Counted from the first letter of the stretch, positions 52,270 to 63,912 are shown. The stretch: 64,000 nucleotides of DNA from an uncultured Solirubrobacterales bacterium (GCA_963712325.1 CAVQHG010000005.1:23804-87803), one strand, 5' to 3'. Program-made: numbers and translations. Notes: generated by a model from the sequence alone, not told the origin.

Positions 52270-52727
52270 CAGGCGTCGCTCACCCCGAGCTCGGCGGCGA
52301 GGCGTGCGAGCGCCTCGCGATAGCCGTCGGGGCCCTTGCCGGAGACCTTGGCGAGGACCAGGCCGTCGAAGACGGATACGCGGCGCCAGTCGTCGCGGGA
52401 CTCGACGTCGGAGAGGTGGACCTCTACCGCGGGAAGCCGGGTGACCTCGAGGGCGTCCGCGATCGCGCGGCTGTAGTGGGTCCAGGCGCCGGCGTTGAGG
52501 AGGACCGCGTCGGCGACCTCGGGCACGCGGTGCAGGTGCTCGACGAACTCGCCCTCGGAGTTGGTCTGAAAGAAGGTGGTCTCCAATCCCAGCTCGCCGG
52601 CGAAGGAGGCGATACGGCGCTCGAGCTGGTTGAGCGAGATGCCGCCGTAGATAGTCGAGTCGCGGCGCTCGAGGATGTCGAAGTTGACGCCGTGCATCAC
52701 CGCAACCCGGTTGTGGGCCGAGCTCAT
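52269..52727 (-). CDS. aroQ: type II 3-dehydroquinate dehydratase
   Basis: 152 aa, [25 protein letters not shown]...[15 protein letters not shown]...[13 protein letters not shown]...EVHLSDV. The stop overlaps the pepQ ATG. Confidence 0.9.
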   Translation of the reverse strand: MSSAHNRVAVMHGVNFDILERRDSTIYGGISLNQLERRIASFAGELGLETTFFQTNSEGEFVEHLHRVPEVADAVLLNAGAWTHYSRAIADALEVTRLPAVEVHLSDVESRDDWRRVSVFDGLVLAKVSGKGPDGYREALARLAAELGVSDA

Positions 52728-52746
52728 TCGGCGAACTCCGCGGCGC

Positions 52747-53802
52747 TCATCGCAATTCCTCCACGGCCGCACGGACCCTATCCGGGCCGAGCACCTGGCC
52801 TTCGCGAGGCTCGCCCGGGACCGCGAGCAGCACGAACCCCACCCCAGCGGCGGTCCGCTTCTTGTCGCGCTGGAGCGCCTCGAGGACCGCGTCGACCTCG
52901 ATCTCCGGGCTCGAGCGAGACCGGCAGGCCGTGGCGGTCCAGGATCGTCGTCGACCTGCTCGGCGAGCTCGGGCGCCTCGGAGAGGCGCAGGCCGCCGAG
53001 CAGGCCCAGCCCGACCGCCTCGCCGTGCCGGTAGCGCGGTAGCCGCTGGCGGCCTCGATCGCATGGCCGATCGTGTGGCCGAGGTTGAGCACATGGCGCA
53101 GGCCGCCGTCGCGCTCGTCGGCGGCGACCACGGCGCACTTGTAGCGGGCGCACTCGAAGACGACGTCGCCGAGTGCGGCCGGGTCGAGCTCGTCGATGGA
53201 GCGCACCCGCTCCCAGAGCGAGCCGCCCGCCAGCAGGCCGGTCTTCAGCGCCTCGACGAAGCCGGCGGCGAGCTCCTCGGGCGGCAGGCGTGGCGAGGGT
53301 CGAGGTGTCGGCGAGCACCGCCGCCGGCAGGTGGTAGGCGCCGACGTAGTTCTTGCCCTCGGGCAGGTCGACTCCGGTCTTGCCCCCGTAGGCGGAGTCG
53401 ACCTGGGCGACGAGCGAGGTCGGCAGCCCGACGAACGGGCACGCCGCGCTGGTAGGTGTGGGCGCAGAAGCCGGCCAGGTCGCCGACGACGCCGCCGCCG
53501 AGGGCGACCACGTGGTCCTCGCGGGTCATCCCGGCGCGGGCCAGCTCGCGCAGCACGCGCTCGGCCTCGGCCATCGTCTTCGCGCCCTCCCCCGGCTCGA
53601 CCTCGACCCGCGCCTCCAGCGGCCCGAGCCGATCCGCGTAGCGGGCGGCGACGGTGGCGTCGCGTAACGCAGAAGCGGCGGCCCTCGCAGCGGCCACCAG
53701 CCGCAGTCGAGCAGGCCGGGGCCGACGAAGACCGGGTACTCGCCGGAGCGCGCTCGACGCCCAGAGCAGCCTGGTTCCGCGCGGGAAGCTCGCCGAGCGC
53801 AC
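52747..53802 (-). pseudogene. aroB: 3-dehydroquinate synthase, many frameshifts as sequenced; 5' boundary unresolved
   Basis: The pieces are spread over all three frames. They are [25 protein letters not shown]...[52 protein letters not shown] (implied), [17 protein letters not shown] and [12 protein letters not shown]...AAVEELR. Confidence 0.75.
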
Positions 53803-54288
53803 GGATCGAGGGCAGCGCCCGGGCGAAGGCGCCGCGGTCGCGTGAGGGGACGACCGCGTCGGCAAGCCTGTGCGTAGAGCGGCAGCCGCGTCCTCGAGCA
53901 GCCGGTCGACTCCTCCTCGGAGCTGGCCAGCGGCCGGTCCGAGTGCGCGATGCGCCGCCATGCCTCCTCGGCTCGACCTCGAGCCAGACGACCGTGTGGC
54001 GGGCCAGGGCCTCGCCGCACCCGCTCGCGAGAGGACGCTGCCCCCGCCGAGCGCGATCGCGCCGCCCTCGGCGCTCCTCGAGCAGCGCGCCGACGACCTC
54101 GGCCTCGCGTTCGCGGAAGCGCCTCCTCGCCGTCGCGCTCGAAGGCCTCGGCGATCGGCATCCCCAGCTCGCTCTCCATCAGCGCGTCGACCTCGACCGT
54201 CTCCATGCCCGGCCTCGCGGGCGGCGGCGAGGGCGGTGCTCTTGCCGGCGCCCATGAAGCCGATGAAGACGACGGCGGGGCGGCTCAT
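53800..54288 (-). pseudogene. aroK: shikimate kinase, many frameshifts as sequenced; 3' boundary unresolved
   Basis: ATG 54288 gives [27 protein letters not shown] (Walker A). Later pieces are [42 protein letters not shown] and RPLA...LYAQ. Confidence 0.7.
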
Positions 54289-54290
54289 GC

Positions 54291-55463
54291 TCAGCCCTTG
54301 AAGTCGATGCGCTTCTTGTAGGCGGCGACGGCGGCAGCACGTCGTCGATGTGGTCGCCGCCGAACTTCTCCCGGTAGCAGCGGGCGAGCGACCAGGCGAC
54401 CATCGCCTCGGCGACGACCGCGGCCGCGGGGACGACGGTCGAGTCGGTGCGCTCGCGCAGCGCCTCGGCCGGCTCCTTGGTCTCGGTGTCGACCGAGCGC
54501 AGCGGCTTGGTCAGGGTCGAGATCGGCTTGATCGCCGCCCGCACCGAGAGCGGCAGGCCGTTGGTCATGCCGCCCTCGAGGCCGCCGGCATGGTTGGTCT
54601 CGCGGTGGTAGCCGCGCTCCTCCGACCAGAAGATCTCGTCGTGGGCCTCCGACCCCGGCCGCCCGGCGACGTCCCACGCCTCGCCGATCGCGACGCCCTT
54701 CACCGACTGGATCGAGGCGACGGCGCCCGGCCAGCCGGCCGTCGAGCCGATCCTCCCAGGAGACGTGGGAGCCGAGCCCGGGGACGAGGCCGAAGACGCG
54801 CACCTCGAAGCTGCCGCCGAGGCTCTCGTTCGCCTTGCGCAGGCGGTTGATCTCCTCGACCATCGCCGCGCTCGCCTCCGGGTCGAGGCAGCGGACGGGG
54901 TCGTCGTCGACCGCGTCGAAGTCCGCCGGAGCCGAGGTCGGGCCGCTCCGGCGCGCTGCACCGAGGCGATCTGGAGCGACGTGGCTGTGGACGCTGACCC
55001 CGAGCGCCGCGAGGAAGCCGCGGGCGACCGAGCCGGCGGCGACGCGGGCGGCGGTCTCACGGGCGCTGGCCCGCTCGAGGACGTTGCGGATGTCGGAGTG
55101 GCCGTACTTCTGGGCGCCGACCAGGTCGGCGTGCCCCGGCCTCGGCAGGTGGACCTCGTCCGGCTCGAAGCCCTCGACCGGCCAGGGGCTCATCCGGTCT
55201 TCCCAGTTGGCGTAGTCGCGGTTGGCGACCAGCAGCGCGATCGGGCTGCCCAGGGTGCGGCCATGGCGGACGCCGGAGCGGACCTCGACCGAGTCCGCCT
55301 CGATCTTCATACGGCCGCCGCGGCCGTGGCCCAGCTGGCGGCGGGCCATGTCGCGGTCGAGCGCCTCGCGGTCGAGCTCGAGCCCCGCCGGCATGCCCTC
55401 GACGATCGCCACGAGCCCCGGCCCGTGCGACTCGCCCGCGGTGGTGAAGCGGAAGCCACTCAT
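54291..55463 (-). pseudogene. aroC: chorismate synthase, at least 4 frameshifts as sequenced
   Basis: ATG 55463 gives MSGFRFTTAGESHGPGLVAIVEGMPAGL...GRGGRMKIE...LPRPGHADL. The C-terminal half ([14 protein letters not shown]...[10 protein letters not shown]...[16 protein letters not shown]) is in ORF 54179..55060. The end KKRIDFKG is back in the first frame. Confidence 0.85.
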
Positions 55464-55473
55464 GGCGGCAAGG

Positions 55474-57036
55474 CTATACGGAGGGGCCGCCGCTCCGAGC
55501 CCGCGGCGCGGCGGGGCTAGCGCCGTTTGTGGTTGGCGGTGCTTCCTGCTTCTTCTTGGCCCTGTCCTTCTTGCGCAGCAGCACGGAGCGCCCCACTGCT
55601 TGACGGGACCGGCCCGGCCTTCGAAGATCACCTTAGGTGGACCCTGCGTCTTGCCGCGTTCTTGAGCCAGGCGGACCTTCGTGATCGCCCAGGTCTGGAT
55701 CGGCAGCGAGACGACGCCCCCGCAGCCGGGCGCCGTGCGCCGAACCAGCTTCACGCCGCTGCCTGTGAGCGAGACCGTGCCGGCTCCGGGCACTTCGACG
55801 AGCACCCTCCCGGCCCGTCTTCCTGTTCAGCTTGAGGCTGACGATCCGGAAGACCGGCTTGCGCGGTTCGACCGGCGGCGGAGGCGGCGGCGGGGGCAGC
55901 GGGCAGGCGGCGGTCGGCTTCCGCTCGTAGGCGCCCATGTCCGGAATGGCGGCGGCACCGACGCACCCGGGCTGCGCACGGGCGGACTCGTCGAGGTCGA
56001 AGCGGGCCGACCTGGGAATCGAGGGTGCCGCCGTCGATCGTCTCGAGCCGGCAACGACGTGAAAGTCCCCGCATCAGCGGATTGGCGAAGGCCGGCAGCG
56101 GCGCTGATGTTGCCCGCCAGTTCCCAGCGGAGTCACGGTTGCCGCGCCGGGTTCGTCGGCGAACTCGCCGAAATCGGAGTTGACCAAAATGACGTGCGCC
56201 TCGGGCAGGAGGTTTTCGGGACGAGCCCTGCGACCAGGTCGGTGTCGTCGACCGACTGGGCGATGACGTTTGCCGCGTAGACCGAGAGTGTCGCCCCGGG
56301 GCCGGACCGCGCTGATCGCGTTGCCGTCCGCTCGTTCCGCGATAGGCCGTGACGTTGCGGAGATCACCGGCGCGTCCTGTTCTTTCGTCGCCGCCGGGAT
56401 GAGGATCGCGTCCGATTGCGCCCGCTTCTTCGTCTCCCTGCTGCTTGGTCCAGCAGACGCTGTCGCGAAGAACCGTGCCCTGCCGAGGTGGCAGGCGGCG
56501 AAGCCGGCGCCCGAAGTAGGCGACGAAGACACTGTCCGCGGCTTCCCGATTCGAGCTGCAAACCCTGGTCGCCGGTCGCCTTCGATCCGCAGGTCGTGCA
56601 GAGTGGCGCCGGCTCCCCGGTCACCTGGAGGTCGGCGAGGCTTTCCATCACCAGGATCGCGGGCCCGCAATTTGGGACCCGTCGGCCCACCGAAGTCGAT
56701 TTCCTTCTGGATCGTCAAGCCGGTGAATGGCAGGCTTTACGGCAGGTATTCGCCGGCGTCGAGCTTCACGTTGTCGCCGTCGCCTGCCTTGCTCAGGGCT
56801 TCGCCGACCGAGCAGGGCACCGGTGCCGAGCATTGCCGAGCATCCCCGTCGGCGACGCGTGGTAGGTCGTCGCCGACGCGACGGAGGGAACGACGAGCAG
56901 GCAAGAGAAGGCCGATCGCCAACGGCACTGCCCGCCGAATGGGGGCCCCGGGCGACGAGACAGGACTCACTCCCATTGAAACTGCGCTGTTCCCCATTCC
57001 CTGGCCACTGATGTTACACACGCGCTGGCCGTCCAC
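55474..57036 (-). pseudogene. secreted right-handed beta-helix-type protein with basic C-terminal tail, heavily frame-disrupted
   Basis: Signal-like RRAVPLAIGLLL, then TTYHASPTG...CSAPVPCSVGEALSKAGDGDNVKLDAGEY (typical beta-helix N-cap). C-terminus PPPPPPPPVEPRKPVFRIVSLKLNRKTG...VEVPGAGTVSLTGSGVKLV...KVIFEG. The pieces are scattered over three frames, and the boundaries are approximate. Confidence 0.35.
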
Positions 57037-57054
57037 TGCCGAGTCTGCCGCCGA

Positions 57055-57874
57055 TCAGCCCCGGGAACGGCCTCCCGCCGGCCGGGCCGCGGCGCGCATC
57101 GCGTCCAGCGGGGCATCGCGGCCGGTCCATGCTTCCAGCGAGAGAGCGCCCTGGCGGACCAGGACCTCGATCCCGTCGACGGTCTGCGCCCCGGCCGCCC
57201 TGGCCGCCGCGCAGCAGCGCGGTCGGCTCGCCCCCGTAGACCATGTCGACGACGACCTGGCCGGCGCGAAGCCCGTCCCGAGCGCAGGGGCAGCTCGCTC
57301 GAACGGGTCCTCGCCGCCAGGCCGACCGAGGTCGAGTTGACGATCAGCCCATACCGCCGAGGGTCGAGGGTCCTCCACCGGCCGGCCGCCGAGCTCCTCG
57401 CAGAGGTGGCGGGAGCGAAGCGGCGGTGCGGTTCCAGACCTCGACCGCGGCGCCCTCGCGGAGCAGCGCCCAGACCACCGCCCGCGCGGCGCCGCCGGCA
57501 CCCAGGACCAGCGCCGCCGGCCCGCCGGCGCGGCCGGCAGCGCCGCGAGCAGGCCGCCGGCGTCGGTGTTGTCGGCGTGGATCTCGCCGCGGCGAAGCTG
57601 AGCGTGTTGGCGGCGCCGATCTCCCGCGCCGTCTCGGAGAGCGACGTCGGCGACGGCGAGCGCCGCGCCCTTGTGGGGAACGGTCACGTTGGCGCCGACG
57701 AACCCCCGCTCCGGGCAGCTCGCGCACGTAGCCGGCCTCGAACTCGTCCGGCGCGACGTCGATCGCCTCGTAGGACCACTCCCCGCCGAGGCCGAGCTCG
57801 GCCAGGGCCGCGGTCTGCATCGCGGGCGAGCGCGAATGGGCGACCGGGTGGCCGATGACGGCGAGCCGCTTCAT
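57055..57874 (-). pseudogene. aroE: shikimate dehydrogenase, several frameshifts as sequenced
   Basis: ATG 57874 gives MKRLAVIGHPVAHSRSPAMQTAALAELGL. Later pieces are GANVTVPHKGAALAVAD, NTDAGGLLAAL, LVLGAGGAARAVVWALLREGA and GIEVLVRQGALSLEAWTG. Confidence 0.8.
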
Positions 57875-57888
57875 CGTCCCATCGTCCC

Positions 57889-59267
57889 CTATCCGCAGGT
57901 GTCGGGCGAGTCGCCGCCGGCGGCGGCGCGCGCTCGTTCGTAGCGGGCCGACGTCGGCTTCGAACTGCGCTTCGCGTGGAGGAGAAGGAGTGCTCTCCGC
58001 AGGTTCCCGGCTTGACCACGTAGTAGAGGTAGTCGACCTTCGCCGGGCGCGCGGCAGCTTCGATCGAGGCGAGCCCAGGGCTGTCGATCGGCCCCGGCGG
58101 CAGGCCGGTGTGACGCGCGTGTTGTAGGGGGAGTCGGTCGCCAGTTCGGATTCGGTCAGCGGCTCGTCGTAGTTGCCGGTGGCGAAGCGGGTCGTCGCGT
58201 CGATGCCGAGCGGCATGCCCTCGTGGAGGCGGTTGTAGATGACCGCCGCGATCAGCGGGCGCTCCCTGGCGACCATCGCCTCGCGCTCGACCATCGAGGC
58301 GATCGTGAGCACGTCGTAGACGGTCAGGTTCTTGGACTTCGCGTAGCGCATGTCCACGCCCTTGATCCGCCGCTTGAAGTCCTGCAGCTGGAGCTGCACC
58401 AGGTCGGCGGCCGGCGCGCCCGGCTTCAGTTCGAAGGTGTCCGGGAAAGAGGAAGCCCTCGAGGTTCTCGCGCGCCCTGCCGCCGTAGCGCGCCGGGTTC
58501 AGGTACTTCGAGCGCACCTCGCCTTCAGGTAGCTGCCCGAGAGCCCCGCTTCCGCGACCAGCGGCGCCGCCTGGGCGCGGCTGTAGCCCTCCGGGATGGT
58601 CACCGTCGGCGACCTTCTTCGCCGGCGCCGTCGTGAGCGGCGTCGATCGCGGCGCCGTAGGACATGCCGCGGCGAGGACGAAGCGGCCCGGGTAGAGGTC
58701 GGAGCGCTTGCCGGCGAGCGTCACCCGGAACTGGAAGAGGGTCGAGCTGGAGACGACGCCCTTTCTCGTCGAGGATGTCGCCGACCTCGCTGACGCTCGC
58801 CCCCTTTGGGACGGTGACCACCACCCGCCCGAACCGTCTCCGTGGAATGGTTGGAAGAGCGCGACGAGGAACCAGGCGAGCGGCAGAGGCGGCGACCGCC
58901 GCCACGAGCCTCGAACGGGATGGCGTCGCAGCGCCGCGAGCGGCCGCGGGCCCCGGCGGGGCGGGCCCCGGGGCCGCACGGGCCGACCGGCCTCCTGATG
59001 GCGGCTCCATCGGCTCGGGGTCCCCGTCCGAGAAGCGATCGGGGTCCTCGTCCGGCGGAACCGGCGGCGCGCGGGTCGGCGGCCGGCGGCGCCTCCGGCG
59101 GTGGCCCGGGGGGGCGCGGGCGGGCGGCGCGCCGCCTCCTCGGCCTCGCGCTCGTGCCGGCGCTGTTCGTTGCGGCGCGCCTCGCGCTCGCTGCGCCGCT
59201 GCTCGCGGGCCGCGGCCCGCGGATCGTCGGGGTCGGCGAACGGGTCGTCGAGCCAGTCGTCAGCCAT
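57889..59267 (-). pseudogene. mltG: endolytic murein transglycosylase MltG (YceG-like), several frameshifts as sequenced
   Basis: Acidic/basic N-terminal tail from ATG 59267, a TM segment (LPLAWFLVALF), then YceG motifs GFLFPDTF(implied), LTIASMVEREA, VIYNRLHEGMPLGIDAT, SPYNTR, GLPPGPIDSPG and YYVVKPGTCGEHSFS. Confidence 0.75.
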
Positions 59268-59680
59268 CGTCGCAGCTCCTCGCCGGCCGTCCTCGGCCCT
59301 GTCCCGCCCGGCGGGCGAGGTAGGCCTCGAGCAGATGGGCGGCCGCCAGCGAGTCGGGCGCGCGTCGGCCCCCTGGCGGCGGCTGGCCTCCGCCATCCGC
59401 GTGGTCAGGCGCTCGTCGTAGGTCTCGACCGGGACGTCGAGCAGCGCCTCCAGTTCCAGCAGAAGGTGCGCACCAGGCCGGCCTGGGCGCCCTCCTCGCC
59501 GCTCAGGTGCAGCGGCAGGCCGACGACGACCCGCTCGACGCCGTGCTCGACCACCAGGTCGGCGACGGTGCGCGGCTCCGGCGGCTCGATCGTCGGCAGC
59601 GGCGTCGCCAGCGTCCCGCTCGGGTCCGAGATCGCGCAGCCGATCCGGGCGGTGCCGTGGTCGAGGGCGAGCACGCGCAT
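59260..59680 (-). pseudogene. ruvX: Holliday-junction-resolvase-like RuvX (YqgF), about 2 frameshifts as sequenced
   Basis: MRVLALDHGTARIGCAISDPSGTLATPL...VVVGLPLHLSGEEGAQA, then ETYDERLTT and AAAHLLEAYLA in other frames. The stop overlaps the mltG ATG. Confidence 0.75.
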
Positions 59681-59684
59681 CGCG

Positions 59685-62380
59685 CTAGGCGGCGCCCGCC
59701 GCCGGGCTGGAACATCGCAGCCGAGCTCCCGCTCGATCGCCGCGCTCGGCCGCGGCCAGCGCTTCGTCCAGCCTGGCGGCGTCCTTGCCGCCCGCCTGGG
59801 CCATCTCGTCGCGCCCGCCGCCGCCGCCGCCGATCAGCGGGGCCGCCTCGGCGACGACCGCGCGGCCGAGACGCCGCGCGGTCACCGCGTCCTTGGAGAC
59901 CAGGGCGACGATGCCCGACGCGCTCGCCCTCGGCGCCGCCGAGGACGACCGCCGAGTGCCCGCCGAGCTTCGACTGGATCCGGTTGGCCAGGTCGAGCAG
60001 CTGCTTCTGGTCGGCGATCGGCGCCGCCGGCGCAGACGATCCTGCAGGCCGTCGCAGCTCCTGCGCGTCGGCGGTCAGGCGTCGGCCTCGTCGGCGAGCA
60101 GCTGCTTCTCGCCTGCTTCGCGCCCTCGCCGGCCTCACTTCAGCCGCTCGGCCGCGCGCCGCGCGCCGGCGACGGGGTCCTGAGGCGACGCCGAGCAGCT
60201 CACCGACCTCGCGCAGCTGCTCCTCGCGGCTCGCGGAACCAGTCGATCGCCGCCGGGCCGGTGAGCGCCTCGACGCGGCGCACGTTCGCCGCGCTCGAGC
60301 CCTCCGAGGCGATCTTGAAGATGCCGAGCTCGGCGGTGTTGGAGACGTGGGTGCCGCCGCAGAGCTCGCGGGAAACGCCGTCGACCTCGACCACCCGCAC
60401 CCAATCGCCGTATTTCTCGCCGAAGAGGGCCATCGCCCCCAGCTCCTCGGCCTCCTCGCGCGCCATCTCCAGCCATCGCACGGGGCGGCTCTCCTTGATC
60501 CAGCCGTTGACCCGCTCCTCGATCTCGCGCAGCTCCTCGGCGCCGAGCGCCTGTCCGTGGGTGAAGTCGAAGCGCAGCTTGTCGGGGCGCACCGCGGAGC
60601 CGGCCTGGCGCACGTGCGTGCCGAGCCGCTCGCGCAGCGCCGCATGCAGGAGGTGGGTGGCGGTGTGGTTGCGCATCGTCGCGTGGCGGGTCTCGCGATC
60701 CACCTCCGCGTCGACCGGTCGAGCGCCCTCCTCCTCTCGCCGGGTGCTCGCTCGCTCGCTTCCGCCTCCGGGCCTTTCCCCGATCTCGAGGACCTGGTCA
60801 TCGCCGAGGCGGTAGACATCGAGCACGTCCGCCTCTTCGCCGTTCGGCCAGCGCAGGACGCCGGAGTCGGCGACCTGGCCTCCGCCCTCCGCGTAGAACG
60901 GGCTTCGCTCGAGCTTGACCAGCGCTCGCCCGTCCTCGCCGCGCACCGCCGCGATCCCGGTCGTGGTGCGCAGGGTCTCGTAGCCGACGAACTCGGTCGC
61001 GGCAGCCTCGGCCGAGAACGCCTGGACCGCCTCGTGGTGATCCTCGGAGCCATGGGCGGTGGCGGCGCCGACCCGGGCGCGCTGGCGCTGCTCCTCCATC
61101 AGCTCCTCGAAGCCGCGGTCGTCGACGGAGAGGCCCCGCTCTGCGAGCAGCTCCTTGGTCAGGTCATAGGGGAACCCGAAGGTGTCGTGCAGGCGGAAGG
61201 CGTCCTCGGCGTCGATCCAGGAGGTCTCGGAGCGCTCCGCCTCGACGACGAGCTGCTCGAGCAGCTCGCTGCCGCGCTCGAGCGTGCGTCCAAAGCTCTC
61301 CTCCTCGTCGCCGATCCAGCGCTCGATCGTCTCCCGCTCGGAGCCCAGCTCCGGATAGGCCTCGCCCATGATCTCGATCGTGCGCCCGGCGAAGCGGCCG
61401 AGCCAGGGCGACTCGAGGCCGAGGGCCCGGCCCTGCTGAATCGCCCTGCGCATGATCCGGCGCAGGATGTAGCCGCGGTCCTCGTTGGAGGGGACCACGC
61501 CGTCGGCGATCAGGAAGGTGGCGCCGCGGGCGTGGTCGGCGACGATCCGCATCGCCCGGGTCACCGCGCCGCCCTCGGCGTAGCTGTGGCCGGAGAGCTC
61601 CTCGGCGAGGTCGATCAGCGGCCGGACCAGGTCGGTCTCGAACACGGAGGGGACGTCCTGGAGGATCGCCGCCATCCGGTCCAGCCCCATGCCGGTGTCG
61701 ATGTTGCGCATCGGCAGCTCGGTGAGGCCCCCATCGGCGTCCAGGTCGTAGGTCATGAAGACGTGGTTCCAGAACTCGAGGAAGCGGTCGGTGTCGTCGC
61801 CGGGCCGCTCCCCCGGCCCGCCGAACTCCTCGCCGCGATCGAGATAGAGCTCCGAGCAGGGCCCGCAGGGCCCGGTCGGGCCCGCCTGCCAGAAGTTGTC
61901 CGCTCGGCCGAGGCGGACAATCCGCTCGTCGGGGACGCCGGTCTCCAGCCAGACCGAGATCGCCTCCTCGTCCGGGCCCAGCCCGAGCTCCTCGTCTCCC
62001 CCGAAGACCGTCACCCAGATCCGCTCCGGGTCCATCCCGAATCCCTGGGTGGACAGCTCCCACCCCCACGGGATCGACTCCTGCTTGAAGTAGTCGCCGA
62101 AGCTCCAGTTGCCGAGCATCTCGAAGAAGGTCAGGTGCCGGGCCGTGTTGCCGACCTCCTCGATGTCGGTGGTGCGGAAGCACTTCTGCACGTCGGCGAG
62201 CCGCCGCGCAGGGGGCTCCTCGCGGCCGAGGAAGTAGGGCTTGAAGGGCTGCATTCCGGCGGTGGTGAGCAGAACGGAGGGATCGTGGACGGACGGCACC
62301 AGCGAGGCCGAGGGCACGATCCTGTGCCCGCGCTCCTCGAAGAAGGAGAGATATGTCCGCCGGATTTCCGCTGCCCTCAT
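59685..62380 (-). pseudogene. alaS: alanine--tRNA ligase; N-terminal 726 aa intact, C-terminal about 170 aa frame-disrupted
   Basis: MRAAEIRRTYLSFFEERGHRIVPSASLVP..., the editing-domain HTATHLLHAAL, and CGGTHV are in ORF 60200..62380. C-Ala/DHHA1-like pieces (QKQLLDLANRIQSKLGG, IGGGGGGRDEMAQAGG) are in other frames below 60200. Confidence 0.9.
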
Positions 62381-62401
62381 CGGTAGGAGAGCCTATTCGC
62401 G

Positions 62402-63871
62402 TCAGGCAGCGGCGGCGATCGTGCCGTGGCCGACGATCGCCTCGCCGGCGAGCAGGACCGCGGTCTGGCCGGGGCAGGCACCGAAGAAGGCGGCGCCGAG
62501 CTCGAGGTCGAGCCGCGGGTGGCGGCCGGCGGCGGTCGCCGCCAGAGCCGCCGGCACGGTGGCCGAGTGATAGCGGAGCCGCACGGCGTCGACGCGCTCG
62601 GCGGAGCGGTGCAGGACGGCGTCGCGCAGGCGCACCCGGCTCGCCTCGGCCTCGCGCCGGGTGCCGACCGTGACCGTGTTCGCGTCCGCGTCGGTGCCGA
62701 TCACATACAGCGGCTCGGGGGCGGAGACGCCGATCCCGCGGCGCTGGCCGACGGTGAAGTTGTGGTGGCCGGAGTGGCTGCCCACCCTCTCGCCGGCCGG
62801 GTCGAGCACGGCGCCCGGCCGCTCGCCGAGGCCGGCGTGGCGCGCCAGGAAGCGCGACTTGCCCTGGCCGGCGAGGAAACAGAGGTCCTGGCTCTCGGGC
62901 CTGCGGGCCACGGAGAGCCCGTGACGGGCGGCGATCTCCCGCACCTCGGGCTTGCTCAGCTCGGTGAGCGGGAAGCGGACGCGCTCGAGCAGACCGGGTG
63001 GCAGCGCCGCGAGCATGTAGCTCTGGTCCTTGGCCTCATCGGCCGCCGCCGCGAGCAGGGGCCCGGAGCCGTCGTCGACGATGCGCGCGTAGTGCCCGGT
63101 GACCAGCTGCGAGGCGCCCAGCCGGTCGGCGAGGTCGACCATCGCCGCGATCCGCACCTCGCCGTTGCAGACGATGCATGGGTTGGGGGTGGCGCCGGCG
63201 GCGTAACCGGCGAGGAAGCTCTCGACCACCCGGCCCCGGAACTCCTCCTCGAGGTCGAGGGTCAGGTGTGGGACGCCGATCGAGTGAGCCAGCGCCCGGG
63301 CCCCGAGCACCGCCTCGGGCGAGCAGCACGCCTTGGCGCCGTCGGTCTCGGGGTCGGCCCAGAGCTTCAGGGTGACGCCGACGACCTCCGCCCCTCGCTC
63401 ACGCTCGAGCAGCGCGGCGACGGCGCTATCGACGCCGCCAGACATGGCGACCAGGACCCTGCCCGAAGCCGAGTCGGCGAGTCGCTCGCTGCTCGCCGCG
63501 GCGCCGGCGAGAGCGCGGTGTAGGGCGTCGGCGGCGAGCTGGGCGGCATGGCGCTTGGCAGCGCTGAGGCCGCCGAGCGCCGCGTCGACCTCGTCGGTGC
63601 CGATACCGGCCGCCGCGATGACGCTTTCCCCGTCGACCAGCTCGGCCGCCGCGGCCGTGGCCGCCCGGGTCGCTCCGCAGCCCTCCGCGTCGAAGCTGAC
63701 GGCGGCGATGCGCCCGGCCTCGAGCTCGAGCGAGACCCGCGCGAGGTCGCCGCAGGCAGCGCCCCCCGCGGCGCCGGTGAACGCCGCGTCGCCCGCCGGA
63801 CCACGGCGGCTCTCGTCGCGCAGGTAATGCTCGAGGAGCTCAGGATTCGTGGACGAATGGCGTCTGTCCAT
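62402..63871 (-). CDS. mnmA: tRNA 2-thiouridine(34) synthase MnmA with N-terminal IscU/NifU-like domain fusion
   Basis: The first about 125 aa are GGAACGDLARVSLELEAGRIAAVSFDAEGCGATRAA...AAKRHAAQLAADAL (IscU-like, third Cys position is Ala). The MnmA core follows: VLVAMSGGVDSAVAA (PP-loop), NPCIVCN, VTGHYAR. One uninterrupted 489-aa ORF. Confidence 0.8.
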   Translation of the reverse strand: MDRRHSSTNPELLEHYLRDESRRGPAGDAAFTGAAGGAACGDLARVSLELEAGRIAAVSFDAEGCGATRAATAAAAELVDGESVIAAAGIGTDEVDAALGGLSAAKRHAAQLAADALHRALAGAAASSERLADSASGRVLVAMSGGVDSAVAALLERERGAEVVGVTLKLWADPETDGAKACCSPEAVLGARALAHSIGVPHLTLDLEEEFRGRVVESFLAGYAAGATPNPCIVCNGEVRIAAMVDLADRLGASQLVTGHYARIVDDGSGPLLAAAADEAKDQSYMLAALPPGLLERVRFPLTELSKPEVREIAARHGLSVARRPESQDLCFLAGQGKSRFLARHAGLGERPGAVLDPAGERVGSHSGHHNFTVGQRRGIGVSAPEPLYVIGTDADANTVTVGTRREAEASRVRLRDAVLHRSAERVDAVRLRYHSATVPAALAATAAGRHPRLDLELGAAFFGACPGQTAVLLAGEAIVGHGTIAAAA

Positions 63872-63912
63872 ACCTCAAGGGTAAGCGTGCGGCCCCTGTT
63901 CCGTTGAGCAGT

